NCBI GenBank assembly: GCA_963811165.1
Contig: CAWEQH010000010.1
Coordinates: 1,088,001-1,152,000 of the forward strand
DNA from: an uncultured Nitrospiraceae bacterium
Lineage (GTDB): Bacteria; Nitrospirota; Thermodesulfovibrionia; Thermodesulfovibrionales; UBA6898
Reading direction: 5' to 3'
Length of the DNA stretch: 64,000 nucleotides
Shown: positions 60,998 through 64,000 of the stretch, piece after piece
Numbering within the stretch: the first letter of the stretch is position 1
How the letters are laid out: the number at the start of each line of letters is the position of its first letter
Made by a program: the position numbers and the translations under genes
Notes under the pieces: model-generated
What the model was told of the DNA's origin: nothing
Databases searched by the model: none
What the model saw: the letters and a program-made list of their open reading frames with translations, nothing else

Positions 60998-61494
60998 ACC
61001 TGAAGGTCGACAGAAACGTCCTCGCGATCTCTGGCATCTTACTACTATTCATTGTCTGTGTCATATTGTTTGAAGTCTCTCTGTCTCTACAACGTGAACG
61101 CGATACCCTCAGGTCTCAGCAAAAAGAGATGCTTCTCCTGGCGAATGAATACGCGGGGTTGAAGAACATCGTCGCTACGGTCGAAGCGAAGAAATCGCTC
61201 ACAAAGGCGGAGGGCATCGTCCAGGGGGTGGACGAGGTGTTTAAGTCGATGGGGCTCGGTCAAAAGGTCAAATCCGTAAAATCGACTGGGGCAATAGAAA
61301 AGAAATTTGCGTCCGAAGAAGAAGCGGAGGTCTCGGTCGAAAAAGTAACGATGAACGAGATGGTCAATATCCTTTACCGGATAGAGAACGCACCGATGAT
61401 CCTTTCCGTGAGAAAGACTTCCGTAAAAACCGCGTTCGATAATCCGTCCCTCCTCAATATCACGATGACGGTCGCGCTTATCAAGCCGAAGTGA
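60994..61494 (+). CDS. gspM: Type II secretion protein M
   Basis: N-terminal TM, coiled coil, ferredoxin-like C-terminus; order. Confidence 0.72.
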   Translation: MNLKVDRNVLAISGILLLFIVCVILFEVSLSLQRERDTLRSQQKEMLLLANEYAGLKNIVATVEAKKSLTKAEGIVQGVDEVFKSMGLGQKVKSVKSTGAIEKKFASEEEAEVSVEKVTMNEMVNILYRIENAPMILSVRKTSVKTAFDNPSLLNITMTVALIKPK

Positions 61495-62273
61495 AGCGTC
61501 TCCTGATCGTCTGCCTCTTCGTCGTGGCTTTCGTTTTCGGCATCTGGATCATCGCGGTCCCCGAATCCCTGCTCACAGGCCTGATCGAGGGGGCAATTCA
61601 TGACAACAATATCCGTATCGAAACGGCGGATGTCAGAAAAGGTATTTTTTTCGATTTTACCTGTAGCAGCATCCTCCTCAGGAAAAACGGCAAGACGCTT
61701 ATTGCGTTTGACAACGTCACGGGCAGGATCAACCCCCTGTCGCTTTTGACATTGCGGCTGAACGCCCATTTCCATGGGGGCAGCGGCGGCGGCAGCGTAG
61801 CCGGCACGATAGATCTTTTCAGGGGAAAAAGTCACATAGATATTGCCGTTACCGACGCGGATGTGTCAGCCATGCCTTTTTTCGCGCTCCTGGGCATTGA
61901 GGGAAAAGGGGTCCTCACCGGAGCATTGAAGATCGAGAATGCCCGCGGAGATATAACGTTTTCCATAAAGGACGCGCGATTCGGAGCAGGTTCGTTCGGA
62001 GGCGTCATGGTCCCCCTCGATGCGTTTACCGGCGCGCGCGGCGCCATGACCATTGCCGCCAATTCGGTCCGCATAACTTCCTTCGCGCTTGAGGGCAGCG
62101 GCATTTATGCAAGGTTGCGGGGGGACATCACCGGCGGAAAAATGGACCTGACCATGGAACTCATGCCTGAGAAATCATTCAAGGACAGTAATTTCATCTT
62201 TCTCGCGCTCGAAAAATATAAAGACTCTCCGGGGCATTATTCGATACCGATCACCGGCGGCCTGCCGCTTTAG
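61491..62273 (+). CDS. gspN: Type II secretion protein N
   Basis: N-terminal TM and beta-rich periplasmic domain; last gene of the operon. Confidence 0.72.
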   Translation: MKRLLIVCLFVVAFVFGIWIIAVPESLLTGLIEGAIHDNNIRIETADVRKGIFFDFTCSSILLRKNGKTLIAFDNVTGRINPLSLLTLRLNAHFHGGSGGGSVAGTIDLFRGKSHIDIAVTDADVSAMPFFALLGIEGKGVLTGALKIENARGDITFSIKDARFGAGSFGGVMVPLDAFTGARGAMTIAANSVRITSFALEGSGIYARLRGDITGGKMDLTMELMPEKSFKDSNFIFLALEKYKDSPGHYSIPITGGLPL

Positions 62274-62342
62274 CCCGGATAGCTCTTCAGAAATACAAAG
62301 AGCGGAAAGACCATCCCCCGAAACTTGATATAATTGTCAGAG

Positions 62343-62786
62343 ATGAGAAAAAAAATATATTCAATAATTTTGTTGTTTATTGTCCTTGCAATTTGTTGTT
62401 ACTCATGCGGTCCAGGTGAAATACCAAAAGAAAAAGTCACCAAAATAGAGCGCTTCCTGAGAAACGCAGTAAAGGATGCTCGCGAGGAAGATTACCGACG
62501 CCACAATATCAACATTGAGGTCCTTGTGACCGGGTTAAAGACAGAGAGGATCACCAGGAGAGAAACCGCAGAAGATAATGAGTACTTCGTTCAGGGGAAG
62601 GTCTCTTATAGGATCAAGGGGAAAAGGAGCTGGGAGGACAAAGAAGGCAACATCATTGAATTAGAACCCGAACAGGAGATTATACACTGGTTTAGCTGCG
62701 GAGTTCTCGAAGATAAATATATGGGGATCTTGTTTAAAGACAACAAAAACCGTCTTATATTTTATGCGGACAACCCGCTAAAGTAG
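62343..62786 (+). CDS. Hypothetical lipoprotein
   Basis: MRKK, hydrophobic stretch, YSC lipobox-like motif. Confidence 0.65.
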   Translation: MRKKIYSIILLFIVLAICCYSCGPGEIPKEKVTKIERFLRNAVKDAREEDYRRHNINIEVLVTGLKTERITRRETAEDNEYFVQGKVSYRIKGKRSWEDKEGNIIELEPEQEIIHWFSCGVLEDKYMGILFKDNKNRLIFYADNPLK

Positions 62787-62948
62787 ACCCTCGTCGCGAT
62801 CATTTCGGTCTGTGTTCTGACGTCCCGGACATGCCGTTTCTGAATCTCTATGCACTGAAACATTGTCTTGCTTTTCACCTCACAAGGTGATTAAATGGTT
62901 AGGAGAGAGGAGCCTTAAATAAATTATTTTCAGAATATGGGGTGAGAT

Positions 62949-64000
62949 ATGATAAGAATGATCAAGCATTTTTTCGCCGCGGCCGTCTTCATCTCTTTAT
63001 CTCTTTTATCAGGCTGTGCAACTTCTGCAAACACGGTAAAAATTGACGATGCCACCGCCGCAAAACTGAGGTCCGAGGTGACCGTTTACGACTCTAAAAA
63101 ACTGAGTGGGCTCGAATACACTACAGTCAAGGAAATTCACGCCACTGCATGCGGGAGCAGGGAGAATGGGATGGACCAACTTAGATATATCGCCCTCTCG
63201 GCCGGCGCCAACGGGATTATAAAAGTAAGCTGTGGCAGCCTGCTGGGTCCAACTCTTATGCAAAATTGCCTGACTACCGTAATGTGTGAGGCCGTTGCGA
63301 TTAGAGCCGGCACAAAGAATGCCGAAACAGAAAAAGTCCGGACGGAAAAAGTCGAAAAGTCTGTAAAGAATCAGGTCATTGCTCAGGGGGAAGGGTTTAC
63401 GCTTGGAAGACTTCCCCTTGTGGTAACGAGCTACGATGCGGTCGGCGAGGCAAAGGATGTTGAAATTATTTTTTCGGGAAATTACGTGACAAGAGGGAAA
63501 ATAGTGAAGCGGGATGAGGAAAACAATCTGGCGATCATAGCCTTTGAAGAATTTCGCAAGGTGCCGGCAGGTTTCCGTATTTACCCTTCTTATAAGGTCA
63601 AAGCGGGACAGCAAATCTACGTTATCGGGTTGCCCGGGGCAACACAATCTGGAGAAAAACCGGGCGTTACGAAAGGAGCCATTTCGGCTACAGAGGGCCT
63701 CGGGGGGGACAGCAGGTATTTCGGAATTACAGCGCAGGGGAATCTATCAAACGCAGGGAGTCCTTTGCTTGACAGTCAGGGGAGACTTATCGGCATCGTG
63801 TCGCCTGCGCCGGGCAAGGTTTCTTCAACCCGCGCGAAGGAGCATGCGCCTCGGGGGATATACTTTGCCCTCAAAAGTAATGTGCTCTTAAATCTCTACC
63901 CGGAAATAGAAAGCCTAATCACATCTGAAAATGAGCCTTCGCTCTCCTCTGAGCAAATATTCGAAGCCTACAGCAGTTCTGTAGTTTCCTTGATGGTGAA
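62949..64000 (+). CDS. Lipoprotein: RcsF-like domain plus trypsin-like domain lacking the catalytic triad (runs off window end)
   Basis: Not in the ORF track. Manual translation is open to the end: LSGC lipobox, 4-Cys domain, VVTSYDAV, NNLAII, YVIGLP, SNAGSPLLDSQGRLIGIV. Confidence 0.8.
   Translation, partial: MIRMIKHFFAAAVFISLSLLSGCATSANTVKIDDATAAKLRSEVTVYDSKKLSGLEYTTVKEIHATACGSRENGMDQLRYIALSAGANGIIKVSCGSLLGPTLMQNCLTTVMCEAVAIRAGTKNAETEKVRTEKVEKSVKNQVIAQGEGFTLGRLPLVVTSYDAVGEAKDVEIIFSGNYVTRGKIVKRDEENNLAIIAFEEFRKVPAGFRIYPSYKVKAGQQIYVIGLPGATQSGEKPGVTKGAISATEGLGGDSRYFGITAQGNLSNAGSPLLDSQGRLIGIVSPAPGKVSSTRAKEHAPRGIYFALKSNVLLNLYPEIESLITSENEPSLSSEQIFEAYSSSVVSLMV

Noticed and set aside
63009..63891. 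Track ORFs 63009-63647 (-) and 63544-63891 (+)
   Set aside because: Shadows of the plus-strand lipoprotein gene starting at 62949, which runs off the window.

Overview
Chromosomal window from an anaerobic Gram-negative bacterium; gene content suggests Nitrospirota (Thermodesulfovibrionia) or Desulfobacterota (inference). The left half is mostly housekeeping (split glutamate synthase, hemB, pgi, pnp, rpsO, ilvD, hemY/hemH, two moeA genes) with small accessory insertions. The right half holds a porin, a nonaheme cytochrome and two tandem ~11-heme lipoprotein cytochromes, transcribed divergently from a type II secretion operon (gspCDEF...GHIJKLMN). That operon is interrupted by a cassette encoding a UGA-readthrough (selenocysteine) rhodanese lipoprotein and an ExtI-like porin, and its GspD secretin carries a C-terminal subtilase-propeptide-like domain. 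Items the ORF track misses or splits: a 70-aa glutaredoxin-like protein with two in-frame UGA codons and SECIS-like hairpins, a c-di-GMP-I riboswitch, three copies of a structured non-coding motif I cannot name (conserved core, covarying stems), a cassette inserted into the hemH 5' end with target duplication, and an RcsF-like/dead-trypsin fusion. Several frameshifts are probably sequencing or assembly errors. No tRNA, rRNA or CRISPR array was seen.
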